From assembly GCA_965225945.1 (NCBI GenBank), contig CBDDBZ010000031.1:201561-265560 (forward strand): 64,000 nt of DNA, written 5' to 3'. Both the position numbers and the translations under genes were made by a program. The DNA is from Alphaproteobacteria bacterium (GTDB taxonomy: Bacteria; Pseudomonadota; Alphaproteobacteria; GCA-2731375). The notes beneath the pieces were generated by a model, which had not been told where the DNA came from, did no database searches, and saw only the letters and a program-made list of their open reading frames with translations. Of this stretch, positions 29,198 to 38,437 are shown piece after piece (positions within the stretch are counted from its first letter, which is position 1; each line of letters begins with the position of its first letter).

Positions 29198-30469
29198 CAG
29201 GGCAACGAATCCAGGTTAACGCGGCTCGACCCCGAGAATTGAAGCGAGGTAGTCGACATCCCATCCCGCGAGTTTTCGCCGCAGCTTGAGGCTTTTCTTG
29301 TCCCGTTTTTGGCGGACGAGGTTGATGGCGAAGTGTCTGACGACGGCCATGTTTTTGGCTCCATGTCCTTTTCGTAGGCGGGGCTGGTCTTCCTTGAAGG
29401 TGACGTCGAGCACGAGGGGAGCCGGTTTTCGATGCCCCAGTGGCCGCGCACGGCCCTCGCGGCGGCCTTCGCGCGAAGGGCTGAGGAGGAGATGTAGTAT
29501 CGGGTGTCGAAGCGGCAGCGGTCCCGCATCTCGACCCTCGAGTGGGCGCTGAGGATCGCGGCCACGCCGGGGAGGCGGAGTTCTCCGCGGATGCGGCGCT
29601 CGCCGTCGAGCCGATCGACCTCGCGGGCGATGGTCACGGTTCGCTGCTCGATGCGGCCATGGCCCTTGTCGACATCGCTGAAGCTCTCCAGGGTATCGCC
29701 GCGCGCGGTGGCGCAGAGTTCCTCGATCTCGGCCCTCAGTGTCGGCTGGTTGGCCTTCACCGCCAGCAGATAGTCGGCGCCCGCGTCCCTGATGGCGGTG
29801 GCGATGGTGGCGTTGCAGGCGATCGCGTCGATGGAGACGAGGGCGCCCTCCAGGCCGCCGTCGGCGGCGAGCCGCTGGAGCAGCACGGGGATGGCGGTGG
29901 TCTCGCTCGACTTGTCCTCCACCGCCTCCTGGCCGAGCACCAGCCGGCCGGTGGTGGCGAAGGCCGAGACCAGATGCAGTGCCGCCTTGCCGGCGCCGCG
30001 GTCATGGCTGCGCCTCGAGGTCTTGCCGTCGATGGCGACCAAGTCGGGCCGCTCGGGCCAGGTCTCGCGGACCCAGGCGGTGAAGCAGGCCGAGAACGTC
30101 CCGGGATCGATCCGGTTCATCAGCAACGTCAGCCAGCGCCCACCCGGAACCCCGTGGTAATAGGGTAGGAAGCGGCGCAGGAAGGCGAGATGCGCTTCCC
30201 CCCAGGCGGCGATGCCCTCGTAGTCGTCGCAATCGGCAACCGTTCCGCAGACCACCAGCAACAGCACTTCCGGCAACGGATGCGCTACCCGCCAGGGCTC
30301 TCGCGGGTCCTCGATCTTCCCGAAGTGATCCAGCAGCGCCCGAAGGCGGGACTTCTCACCAGACTCCGATACTTGCAGTTCCATCGCGGTTCCTCCGAAT
30401 CAGTGGCGATTCAGGGAATCACGATCCGAACAAGCCGTAAATGAACGTTAACCCGAGTTCAGGGCCCTG
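29198..30469 (-). mobile_element. ISAs1-family element with a frameshifted transposase (29216-30384)
   Basis: Imperfect 24-bp IRs cagggc...ggttaacg and flanking direct repeat catactct. Motifs DPR, AIDGKT, VKANQP, DKGHGRIE, HWGIEN. A 1-bp deletion near 29415 moves LDVTFKED into another frame. Confidence 0.9.
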
Positions 30470-30640
30470 CATACTCTACCGATTCATTGAACGGTGTATA
30501 AGGACCGTATACCATATTCGGAACCTCGTGAAGTTGCAACTCCGTGAGGCGGCGAGCCAAAGTCTGCCGCGCGTCAAGCGCCACGATTTCGTCTCGCCTT
30601 TCCCTTCTCCCTTGCCCCGAAAAACATGTCCCTCCCCGAG

Positions 30641-30708
30641 CCTTTCCCCCGGAGCCACCGTCGCTCGCTCGCCCCACCAGGCGAGCGGCGGTGGCTCCGG
30701 GGGAAAGG
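30641..30708. repeat. Long GC-rich hairpin downstream of mltA
   Basis: cctttcccccggagccaccgtcgctcgc-N12-gcgagcggcggtggctccgggggaaagg; 28-bp arms with one mismatch. Confidence 0.8.
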
Positions 30709-30776
30709 CGGACCGTTTCCCCTGGTGAACCCGAGCCCGTCCCGGGCGATGGTCCTCCGCCCCCGACGCCGCAACC

Positions 30777-30812
30777 GCTCCCCTGATCCCGCGCGCGCGG
30801 GATCAGGGGAGC
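30777..30812. repeat. Perfect 36-bp palindrome over the mltA stop codon
   Basis: gctcccctgatcccgcgc|gcgcgggatcaggggagc. Confidence 0.88.
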
Positions 30813-32014
30813 TTCTCGGCCGCGGCCGTCGGCAACAGCAGGAACAGACGGCCCCGGTGCTTCATCCGCCCGGCGATTTCCCGGCCGTCCTTGCCGTGGC
30901 CCCAGAAGACGTCGCCCCTGAGGCCGCCCTTGATGGCGCCGCCGGTGTCCTGCGCCACCATCAGCCGGCGCACGACCTCGTCGGGTCGTGCGGGATCGGG
31001 GTTCGGCGCCGCGCCGTCGAGCCACATCGGCGCGCCGAGCGGCAGGTGGTGGCGATCGATCGCCAGGCTCCGCCCGGCGGTCAAGGGCACGCCCATGGCG
31101 CCGATCGGCCCGGGCCCCTTCAACTCGCGGAAGAAGATATAGCTCGGGTTCAGGTTCATCACCGCCTCCGCCTCGCTCGCGTTGGCCTCCAGCCAGGCGC
31201 GAATCGACTGCATGGAGACGTTTTGGCGGCTGAGCGCGCGCCTGCGGATTAGCTCCTGTCCGACGGCGACATACTTGCGGCCGTTCTGTTCGGCGTAGCC
31301 GACGCGCATTTCGCCGCCCTCGACCAGCCGCACCCGGCCCGAGCCCTGGATGTGAAGGAAAAAAGCGTCGATGGCGCTGTCGACCCAGACCAGCGCGTCC
31401 GAGGCTGCGACGGCGCCCGTCTCGATCGCCGCGCGGTCGGGATAGGGCCGCAACCGGCCCTTTGAGATCCGCCCGCGGATCACTTTACCCTTCAATTTGG
31501 CATTGAATTGGCCGAGTTCGACTACGACCAGATCCCCCGGCCGGCGGTGGAGCGGCACCTCGAAGCCGTCACGCTTCTCCCGGCTGCCGCTCAGCAGGGG
31601 TTCGTAATAGCCGGTGAAGAGACCGTCGTCCGCCTCCCCCCAGGTGATGCGGAAGGCGCGAAACTCGGCCTCGAAGGCCCGCCGGGCGGCGGCGTGATCG
31701 GCGGCATCGACGGCGCCCATGGCGGCGCAGGCCTGGCGCCAGTCGCCCGCCCGGCCGCCGATGCCGTTCCGCCCGAGCGAGCGCGCGTCGGGCCATTTGG
31801 CGAACCGTTCGCAGGACTCGAGGAAGGCCGGGACGGCCTCGCCTTGGCGGCCGATCTCCCATTCCGGCAACACCGCGAAGGCGACCTTGTAGAGGCCCAG
31901 CCTGGGATCGGGACGGGAGGCCTCCGGCGGCACTGGGCGCCCCGCCCACCAGAGCGCGAGGCCGAGGATCAACCAGAGGACCGAAAGCAGGATCGAGAGG
32001 CGAGGCCCCGGCAT
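30803..32014 (-). CDS. mltA: Membrane-bound lytic murein transglycosylase A
   Basis: GLFTGYYEP, FFLHIQGSG, NPSYIFF and AQDTGGAIKG...DVFWG (3D domain). Confidence 0.95.
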   Translation of the reverse strand: MPGPRLSILLSVLWLILGLALWWAGRPVPPEASRPDPRLGLYKVAFAVLPEWEIGRQGEAVPAFLESCERFAKWPDARSLGRNGIGGRAGDWRQACAAMGAVDAADHAAARRAFEAEFRAFRITWGEADDGLFTGYYEPLLSGSREKRDGFEVPLHRRPGDLVVVELGQFNAKLKGKVIRGRISKGRLRPYPDRAAIETGAVAASDALVWVDSAIDAFFLHIQGSGRVRLVEGGEMRVGYAEQNGRKYVAVGQELIRRRALSRQNVSMQSIRAWLEANASEAEAVMNLNPSYIFFRELKGPGPIGAMGVPLTAGRSLAIDRHHLPLGAPMWLDGAAPNPDPARPDEVVRRLMVAQDTGGAIKGGLRGDVFWGHGKDGREIAGRMKHRGRLFLLLPTAAAEKLP

Positions 32015-32024
32015 CGGGGCGGGG

Positions 32025-32759
32025 TCAGTTTTCGCTGCTGGTCGCGACCAGGGTCCAGTTCGGATCGCGCGATCCGGTGTCGCGCCCGAAGGTCCAAATG
32101 TCCGTCACCTCGTGCTCGGCCGAGGTGCCGCCGATCACCTCGCCGTCGTCATCGCGGCTGACGCTGATCATGTCGGAAACGAACTTCACCGTGACCTCGG
32201 CGATCTTGCCGTCGAGGCCGGCGTCGACGATGTCGGCCGCCTTCATCGTCGTGATCGTCGTCTCTAGCGTCTCCGAGGCCGCCTCGCGTGCCTCGATGGC
32301 GGACGCGAAGTTGTCGTAGACCTCGTCGCTCAAGAGGTTGCGCAGCGTCTGGTGATCACCTGGGGCAAAGGCCGTCACGATCATCTCGTAGGCCGCGCGG
32401 GCGCCGTCGACGAAGGGACCTGGATCGAATTGATGATCGGCGATCTTGATCTGCGCCAGGCCGGCGCCGATGGGCGAGTCATCGGCCCAGAGCGCCGCGT
32501 CGGCACTCGACTCCTCCTCCTGCTCTTCCTGCTGCTCCTGCTGCTCCTGCTGCTCCTGCTCCTCGAGTGACGAGGTGCGGTCCGGCAAGGTGATCACGTT
32601 GTCGTCGGATTTTTCCCGCCCCTCGGTCATGCCGAGGGAGTCGCTCGGCGGGCGCTCCTGTCCCGTCCGGCGGCCGAGCACGCTGAATAGGCGAAAAAAT
32701 ATCACGCCTACTAGCGCGAGGATTACGATGTCGACGAGTCCGATGCCGGTACCCATCAT
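32025..32759 (-). CDS. Tim44/TimA family protein
   Basis: N-terminal TM then VLGRRTG, GARAAYEMIVTAF and DIWTFGR...PNWTLVAT; contains a QEQQE tandem repeat. Confidence 0.9.
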   Translation of the reverse strand: MMGTGIGLVDIVILALVGVIFFRLFSVLGRRTGQERPPSDSLGMTEGREKSDDNVITLPDRTSSLEEQEQQEQQEQQEEQEEESSADAALWADDSPIGAGLAQIKIADHQFDPGPFVDGARAAYEMIVTAFAPGDHQTLRNLLSDEVYDNFASAIEAREAASETLETTITTMKAADIVDAGLDGKIAEVTVKFVSDMISVSRDDDGEVIGGTSAEHEVTDIWTFGRDTGSRDPNWTLVATSSEN

Positions 32760-32917
32760 GTCCTCTCCACGCCAAACGCGCGGTGGACATCCCTTGCATG
32801 TCCGATGTATGTGGCGATTCTAAGTCAGCTTAAGCATTCCCCCAACCGGAGTCCAGCCGAGCCGAGAAACCACGCCGACATAGTGCTACATAAGACCGAG
32901 GCTGCGGAGGAACAAGC

Positions 32918-33406
32918 GTGCCCCTGATTCTGTTGGCGGCCTTCATCGCCGTGCCTCTGATCGAAATCGGTGTCTTCATCGAGGTCGGTGGCTGGCTCGG
33001 CCTCTGGCCGACGCTCACGGTGATCGTGTTGACGGCGATGCTCGGCGCTGGCCTGCTGCGCGCCCAGCGTCTCGCCACCCTGGCCCGCGCCCGGGCGGAG
33101 GCGGACCGGGGTGTCTTGCCGGTCCGCGAGGTGTTCGACGGGCTCTGCCTGTTGCTCGCCGGCGCCTTGCTGCTGACCCCGGGCTTCGTGACCGACGGGT
33201 TGGGATTTCTGCTGTTCGTGCCGGCGTTTCGCGCCGCGCTCGCCGCGGCTATCATGGCCCGGGTCCACGTCGCGGCGGCGCGCCGCGCGAGCGGCCCGAA
33301 GCCAGAGGTCATCGACGGAGAGTGGGAGGAGGTTCCCGAGCCGCCAGCCACACGTATCGAGCCCCCGGACGGCCCGACCGGCGGCAAGCCCTGGCATCAT
33401 CCCTGA
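32918..33406 (+). CDS. fxsA: FxsA family protein
   Basis: VPLIEIGVFIEVG and LLLTPGFVTD. Confidence 0.92.
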   Translation: MPLILLAAFIAVPLIEIGVFIEVGGWLGLWPTLTVIVLTAMLGAGLLRAQRLATLARARAEADRGVLPVREVFDGLCLLLAGALLLTPGFVTDGLGFLLFVPAFRAALAAAIMARVHVAAARRASGPKPEVIDGEWEEVPEPPATRIEPPDGPTGGKPWHHP

Positions 33407-33440
33407 CGGCCCGCTTGTGGCCTCGAGGGCGCGCATGCTA

Positions 33441-34577
33441 GTGTTCCGATCCTAACAAAAGTTTCCCAAAGGGCTTGCGTTCTGCGATTCTGGGGGAATG
33501 ACGAAGACATTGGCATGCATCTGGCTGTCTCCCGCGGAGCGGGCGACGCTGGAAGGGTTGGTTTCTGGGCGGAACACGCCGCAGAAGCTGGTTTGGCGGG
33601 CACGGATCGTGTTGCTGTCGGCTGACGGGATCGGCACGATGACGATCGTCCGGTTGGTCGGCAAAAGTAAGGTGACGGTGTGGCGCTGGCAGGAGCGCTA
33701 CCTTGCCAAAGGCATCGCCGGACTGCGCCGCGATGCGACGCGACCGGGACGCAAGCCGCCGCTGAGCGCCGAGGTGATCGAGCGGGTTGTGCATAAGACC
33801 TTGCACGAGACGCCGGAGGCGGCGACGCATTGGAGCATCCGCAAGATGGCCCGTGCCGTCGGCCTCAGCTACACCAGCGTGCAGCGGGTCTGGAAGGCGC
33901 ACGGCCTCAAGCCGCACCTGGTGAAGACCTTCAAGCTGTCGAATGACGAACACTTCGTCGAGAAGGTGCGCGATATCGTCGGTCTCTATCTCGATCCGCC
34001 GGACAAGGCGCTGGTTCTCTCGGTCGACGAGAAGAGCCAGATCCAGGCGCTCGACCGCACACAGCCCGGCTTGCCGATCAAGAAGGGCCGAGCCGGCACC
34101 ATGACGCATGACTACAAGCGCCACGGCACGACGACATTGTTCGCCGCGCTCGACGTCGCCACCGGCAAGGTCATCGGCCACTGCATGAAGCGGCACCGCC
34201 ATCAGGAATGGCTGAAATTCCTGCGCCGTATCGACGCCGAGACGCCCAAGAAGCTCGACCTGCATCTGATCGCCGACAACTACGCCACCCACAAGCATCC
34301 CAAGGTCAAGGCGTGGTTGGCAAAACATCCTCGCTTCCATATGCACTTCACTCCGACATCCGCCTCCTGGCTCAGCCAGGTCGAACGCTTCTTCGGCCTG
34401 ATCACCAGCGATCAAATCCGTTGCGGCGTGTTCAAGAGCGTCGCCGAACTCGAAACAGCCATTCAGGAATACCTCGAGCACCACAATGCCGATCCAAAAC
34501 CCTTCGTATGGACCGCTTCCGCCACCGCCATACTCGAAAAAGTCGCTCGTGGGCGACAGGCGTTAGAGTCGGTACAC
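33441..34577 (+). mobile_element. IS630-family element
   Basis: Imperfect IRs gtgttccgatcctaac / gttagagtcggtacac; TA duplication at 33439-33440 and 34578-34579. Confidence 0.92.
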
Positions 34578-34580
34578 TAG
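33498..34580 (+). CDS. IS630 transposase
   Basis: VDEKSQIQALDR, THDYKRHGT, DNYATH and TPTSASWLSQVE. The stop codon is supplied by the target TAG. Confidence 0.95.
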   Translation: MTKTLACIWLSPAERATLEGLVSGRNTPQKLVWRARIVLLSADGIGTMTIVRLVGKSKVTVWRWQERYLAKGIAGLRRDATRPGRKPPLSAEVIERVVHKTLHETPEAATHWSIRKMARAVGLSYTSVQRVWKAHGLKPHLVKTFKLSNDEHFVEKVRDIVGLYLDPPDKALVLSVDEKSQIQALDRTQPGLPIKKGRAGTMTHDYKRHGTTTLFAALDVATGKVIGHCMKRHRHQEWLKFLRRIDAETPKKLDLHLIADNYATHKHPKVKAWLAKHPRFHMHFTPTSASWLSQVERFFGLITSDQIRCGVFKSVAELETAIQEYLEHHNADPKPFVWTASATAILEKVARGRQALESVH

Positions 34581-34613
34581 CTAGCGCCTGAATTTGAGCC
34601 CGTGGAGTATCCG

Positions 34614-35126
34614 ATGAGCGACGCCGATGCCCCCGACGCCCCCGTCCTGCCCGAGCGCGACTTCGGCGCGGCGCCGCACCTGCAGATCCTGGCGCAGTAT
34701 CTGAAGGACCTTTCGTTCGAGAACTTCGGCGCGCCGAAGAGCCTGTTGGATACGGGCGAAGGAATGCAGATCGAGGTCGCGGTCAACCTCGAGGCCGAGT
34801 CGGCGGGCGAGGGGCGCTATGGCATCGACCTCACCATCAACGCCACCGCCAATCGCGGCGCCGATCGGGTGTTCCTCGTCGAGGTGGTCTACGGCGGCCT
34901 ATTCCAGATCCAGAACATCCCGACCGAAGCGGTGCAGGCGGTCTGCCTGGTCGAGTGTCCCCGAATCCTCTTCCCCTACGCCCGGCGGATCGTCTCCGAC
35001 GCCACCCGCGACGGCGGCTTTCCGCCGCTGCTGGTCGAGCCGATCGACTTCTACCGCCTCTATCGCGAGCGCCGGGAAGGTAGCGGGGTCGAAGTGGTGT
35101 CGGAAGAGGCCGGCGAGAGGGACTGA
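34614..35126 (+). CDS. secB: Protein-export chaperone SecB
   Basis: QYLKDLSFEN and ECPRILFPYARRIVSDATRDGGFPPL. Confidence 0.96.
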   Translation: MSDADAPDAPVLPERDFGAAPHLQILAQYLKDLSFENFGAPKSLLDTGEGMQIEVAVNLEAESAGEGRYGIDLTINATANRGADRVFLVEVVYGGLFQIQNIPTEAVQAVCLVECPRILFPYARRIVSDATRDGGFPPLLVEPIDFYRLYRERREGSGVEVVSEEAGERD

Positions 35127-35196
35127 AGCTCCAGGCCTTTGAAGGGGCGGCCCGGCTTTGCCATAGTCGGGCGATCGGTAACCCGGCGGCGCCCGC

Positions 35197-35943
35197 ATGC
35201 CTCAGAGTGTCTCACGCCTTCTCGGCCTCCTCGTCGGCTCGCTCCGCGACCTGGCCCCGATCGTCGCCGTCATCGCCTTCTTCCAGCTCGCGGTGTTGCG
35301 GCAGCCGCTGCCCGATCTGACCTCGATCCTGATCGGGCTGGCGATGGTCGTGCTGGGGTTGGCGCTCTTCGTCCGGGGCTTGGAGATGGCGCTGTTCCCG
35401 ATCGGGGAGGCGCTGGCCGCGGCGTTCACCCGGAAGGCCAATCTCGCCTGGCTGTTGATCTTCGCCTTCGCCCTCGGGTTCGGTACCACGGTCGCGGAGC
35501 CGGCGCTGATCGCCGTGGCCAAGGAGGCGGCCAGGATCGCCGCCCAGGCCGGCGTGGTGGTCGACGCGCCCGAGGCGCGGGACGACTACGCCCTCTACTT
35601 GCGATTGACCGTGGCACTCTCGGTCGGCGTCGCCCTGGTGATCGGCGTCTTTCGCATTCTCAAGGGCTGGCCGCTCCACTTCCTGATCATCTCGGGCTAT
35701 GGCCTCGTCGTCACCATGACCTTCTTCGCGCCCGAGGCAATTATCGGCATCGCCTACGATTCCGGCGGCGTCACCACCTCGACCATCACCGTGCCGCTGG
35801 TCACCGCCTTCGGCGTCGGCCTGGCGCACTCCATCCGGGGGCGCAATCCGATGCTCGACGGCTTCGGGCTGATCGCCTTCGCCAGCCTGACGCCGCTGAT
35901 ATTCGTCATGGCTTTCGGCATGCTCTGGGAATGGCTCGGCTGA
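35197..35943 (+). CDS. DUF1538 membrane protein
   Basis: [23 protein letters not shown] and [11 protein letters not shown]. Confidence 0.88.
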   Translation: MPQSVSRLLGLLVGSLRDLAPIVAVIAFFQLAVLRQPLPDLTSILIGLAMVVLGLALFVRGLEMALFPIGEALAAAFTRKANLAWLLIFAFALGFGTTVAEPALIAVAKEAARIAAQAGVVVDAPEARDDYALYLRLTVALSVGVALVIGVFRILKGWPLHFLIISGYGLVVTMTFFAPEAIIGIAYDSGGVTTSTITVPLVTAFGVGLAHSIRGRNPMLDGFGLIAFASLTPLIFVMAFGMLWEWLG

Positions 35944-35947
35944 GGCG

Positions 35948-36748
35948 ATGGGCGAACTGCTTCAGCATCTGCTCGCGACCGCTTGGGCGACGCTCGCCGA
36001 CGTGGCGCCGATCGCGGCGATCCTCTTCGGCTTTCAGTATCTGGTGATCCGCCGACCGCCACCCCATCTGCGGACGATTCTGAGCGGCTTCGTCTACGTC
36101 GCGCTCGGCCTGACGCTGTTCCTGGTCGGCCTCGAGCGGGCGCTCTTTCCCCTCGGCACCCTGATGGCGGAGCAGTTGAGCGATCCGGCCTTCCTCACCG
36201 GCGTCGCCGGCGGGCCCGGTTCGACCGATTGGCGCGACTACCTCTGGGTCTACGTCTTCGCCGCCGCGATCGGCTTCGCCACCACCATCGCCGAGCCGGC
36301 GCTGATCGCCGTCGCGCTCAAGGCCAACCAGGCCTCGGGCGGTGGCATCGGCATCTGGGGCCTCAGGATCGCGGTGGCGATCGGCGTCGCCGTCGGCGTA
36401 GCGCTGGGCACCTTCCGGATCGTCACCGGCACGCCGCTCCACTACTACATCATCGCCGGCTATCTGGTGGTGATCTTGCAGACCCTCCGCGCCGACCGGT
36501 TGATCATCCCGCTGGCCTACGATTCCGGCGGCGTCACCACCTCGACCGTCACCGTGCCGCTGGTCGCGGCGCTCGGCATCGGGCTCGCCACCTCCGTGCC
36601 CGGCCGCAGCCCGCTGATCGACGGTTTCGGCTTGATTGCCTTTGCCAGCCTGTTTCCCATAGTTTCCGTGCTGGGCTTATTCGGATCTGGTCGCCTGGCG
36701 CCGGCGCCGGCGGCGCGCAAAATAGCGAGGACCTCCGCATGCGAATGA
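35948..36748 (+). CDS. DUF1538 membrane protein (possible +1 indel near the C-terminus)
   Basis: Paralog of the previous gene: [23 protein letters not shown]. Confidence 0.88.
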   Translation: MGELLQHLLATAWATLADVAPIAAILFGFQYLVIRRPPPHLRTILSGFVYVALGLTLFLVGLERALFPLGTLMAEQLSDPAFLTGVAGGPGSTDWRDYLWVYVFAAAIGFATTIAEPALIAVALKANQASGGGIGIWGLRIAVAIGVAVGVALGTFRIVTGTPLHYYIIAGYLVVILQTLRADRLIIPLAYDSGGVTTSTVTVPLVAALGIGLATSVPGRSPLIDGFGLIAFASLFPIVSVLGLFGSGRLAPAPAARKIARTSACE

Positions 36749-37089
36749 AATTGATCATGGCGCTGGTCGACGACCATTTGAGCGATACCGTGCTCGAGGC
36801 GGCGCGCGAGGCCGGCGCCACCGGGGCGAGCGTCGTCACCTCGGTGCGTGGCGAGGGCCTGGAGCGGGAGAAGACCTTCCTCGGTCTGGATCTCGCCGGC
36901 CAGCGCGACCTGCTGCTGTTCCTGGTTGCCGAGCAGCGGGCCCGGGAGATCCTGGAGACCGTGGCCGAGGTCGGCAAATTCAACGAGGAGCATGGCGCCG
37001 GCATCGCCTTCCAGATCGCCATCGAGGACGCGGTCGGCCTGAAGACGCAGATGGACACGCTGCTGCAGGAGATCGAGGAACAGCTATGA
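36745..37089 (+). CDS. P-II family signalling protein
   Basis: MKLIMALV...AAREAGATGAS...RGEG...GAGIAFQIAIEDAVG, a PII-like pattern. Confidence 0.85.
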   Translation: MKLIMALVDDHLSDTVLEAAREAGATGASVVTSVRGEGLEREKTFLGLDLAGQRDLLLFLVAEQRAREILETVAEVGKFNEEHGAGIAFQIAIEDAVGLKTQMDTLLQEIEEQL

Positions 37090-37508
37090 AAGAGACCCCC
37101 CTCATCAGGGTGCGCGAGATCATGACCCAGTCCGTGCACCTGATCGACGCGGTGGCGCCGGTGCGCCAGGCGATGGTGACGATGCACGAGAGGGGCGTGA
37201 GCTCCCTGGTGATCCCCCGGCGCGACGAGAACGACGAGTTCGCCGTCGTGACCATCACCGATATCGCCGAGAAGGTGGTCGGCGAGAACCGCTCGCTCGA
37301 CCGGACCGACGTCTACGAAGTGATGAGCAAGCCGGCGCTCGCCATCGATGCGGCCATGGACATCCGCTACGCCGTCCGTCTGCTGAACAACTTCGAGCTC
37401 TCGCGCGCCCTGGTGGTCGACCACGATCGGAACCTGATCGGCATCGTCACGGTTCGCGACATGGTGCTCGCCTACGTCCACCACGACGAGGGCGGCGTGG
37501 AGGCCTGA
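37086..37508 (+). CDS. CBS domain-pair protein
   Basis: VREIMT...VYEVMSKP...IGIVTVRD. Confidence 0.88.
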   Translation: MKETPLIRVREIMTQSVHLIDAVAPVRQAMVTMHERGVSSLVIPRRDENDEFAVVTITDIAEKVVGENRSLDRTDVYEVMSKPALAIDAAMDIRYAVRLLNNFELSRALVVDHDRNLIGIVTVRDMVLAYVHHDEGGVEA

Positions 37509-37522
37509 TCAGGTTACGGGGA

Positions 37523-37596
37523 CAAGGTTAGGGTTAAGGGGACACAATACTTATCCTCACGAGGATAAGTATTGTGTCCCCTTAACCCTAACCTTG
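37523..37596. repeat. Perfect 36-bp inverted repeat with a 2-nt loop between convergent genes (REP/MITE-like)
   Basis: caaggttagggttaaggggacacaatacttatcctc-ac-gaggataagtattgtgtccccttaaccctaaccttg. Confidence 0.9.
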
Positions 37597-37624
37597 ATCT
37601 CGATCGAACAAACTCTCCCCGCGG

Positions 37625-38434
37625 TCACTCGCCGGTGTAGGTGGCGCGGCGCTTCTCCACGAAGGCGGCGATGCCCTCCTTGTAGTCGTGGCTCTCGCGG
37701 AGCTTCTCGTAGGCGTGACCCTCGACCTCGTGGCCGACCGAAAGCGAGGTGTCGTAGGCGGTGTTGAGCACCCGCTTGACCGTCGCCAAGGCCAACGGCG
37801 ACTGACGGGTCAAGGTTTTCACCGCCTCCCCGATCGCCGCGTCGAGCGCGGCGGAGTCCGCCACCACCCGGGTGACGATGCCCCAGCTCAGCGCTTCCGC
37901 CGCCGTGATGCGCTTGGCCAGCATACACATCTCCTTGGCCCGCGTCAGGCCGGCGATCCGGGCAACGCGGTGGCTGCCGCCGCTGCCGGGGATCTGGCCG
38001 ATGGAGACCTCGGGCAGGCCGAGCATCGAATCCTCCGTGGCAAACCGGAAATCGCAGGCCATGGCCAGCTCGAAGCCGACGCCGAGGGCGTATTTCTCGA
38101 TTCCACAGATCACCGGCTTGCGGCAGCGCTCGGGCGCCGCGATGTTCCAGGCGAGGTCGGACATGCCGTCGCGGTGGACCTCCGCGAATGCCTTGACGTC
38201 GCCGCCCGAGCTGTAGACCCCGCCGGCGCCCCGGACCACGATCACCTGGACCTCGTCGTCCGCCTCGAACTCCTCGAAGAGCGCGCGGATCTGGCCGCGC
38301 GCCTTGTAGCTGACGATGTTGAGCGGTGGGGAATCGAGGATCAGGTAAGCGATCCTTTTGGCGGCGTCGATGTCGACTCTGAGGCCGTCGAGTTCCGCCA
38401 GTTGGGCGGCGCGGCGCTCGGCGTAACGTTGCAT
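37625..38434 (-). CDS. Crotonase-family enzyme, HmfE-like (2-oxoglutaroyl-CoA hydrolase)
   Basis: SSGGDV, LAWNIAAPERCRKPVI, GVGFELAMACDFR, GQIPGSGGS and EGHAYEKLR recall HmfE (from memory, not searched). Confidence 0.75.
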   Translation of the reverse strand: MQRYAERRAAQLAELDGLRVDIDAAKRIAYLILDSPPLNIVSYKARGQIRALFEEFEADDEVQVIVVRGAGGVYSSGGDVKAFAEVHRDGMSDLAWNIAAPERCRKPVICGIEKYALGVGFELAMACDFRFATEDSMLGLPEVSIGQIPGSGGSHRVARIAGLTRAKEMCMLAKRITAAEALSWGIVTRVVADSAALDAAIGEAVKTLTRQSPLALATVKRVLNTAYDTSLSVGHEVEGHAYEKLRESHDYKEGIAAFVEKRRATYTGE

Positions 38435-38437
38435 CTC

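Noticed and set aside
30641-30708. Hairpin as a retron ncRNA for the ATPase-TOPRIM gene
   Set aside because: No retron-type RT is nearby, and the hairpin is GC-rich like the host rather than AT-rich like the ATPase.
32511-32565. 9-bp tandem repeat in tim44 (EQQEQQEQQE)
   Set aside because: In-frame low-complexity linker; ordinary slippage.
36665-36748. Odd C-terminal tail of the second DUF1538 protein
   Set aside because: Removing one G in ctgggct gives LAYSDLVAWRRRRRRAK* and frees the PII RBS, so this is probably a homopolymer indel rather than biology.
37528-37592. TTAGGG/CCCTAA telomere-like motif
   Set aside because: There is only one exact unit per arm, within the inverted repeat; it is not an array.
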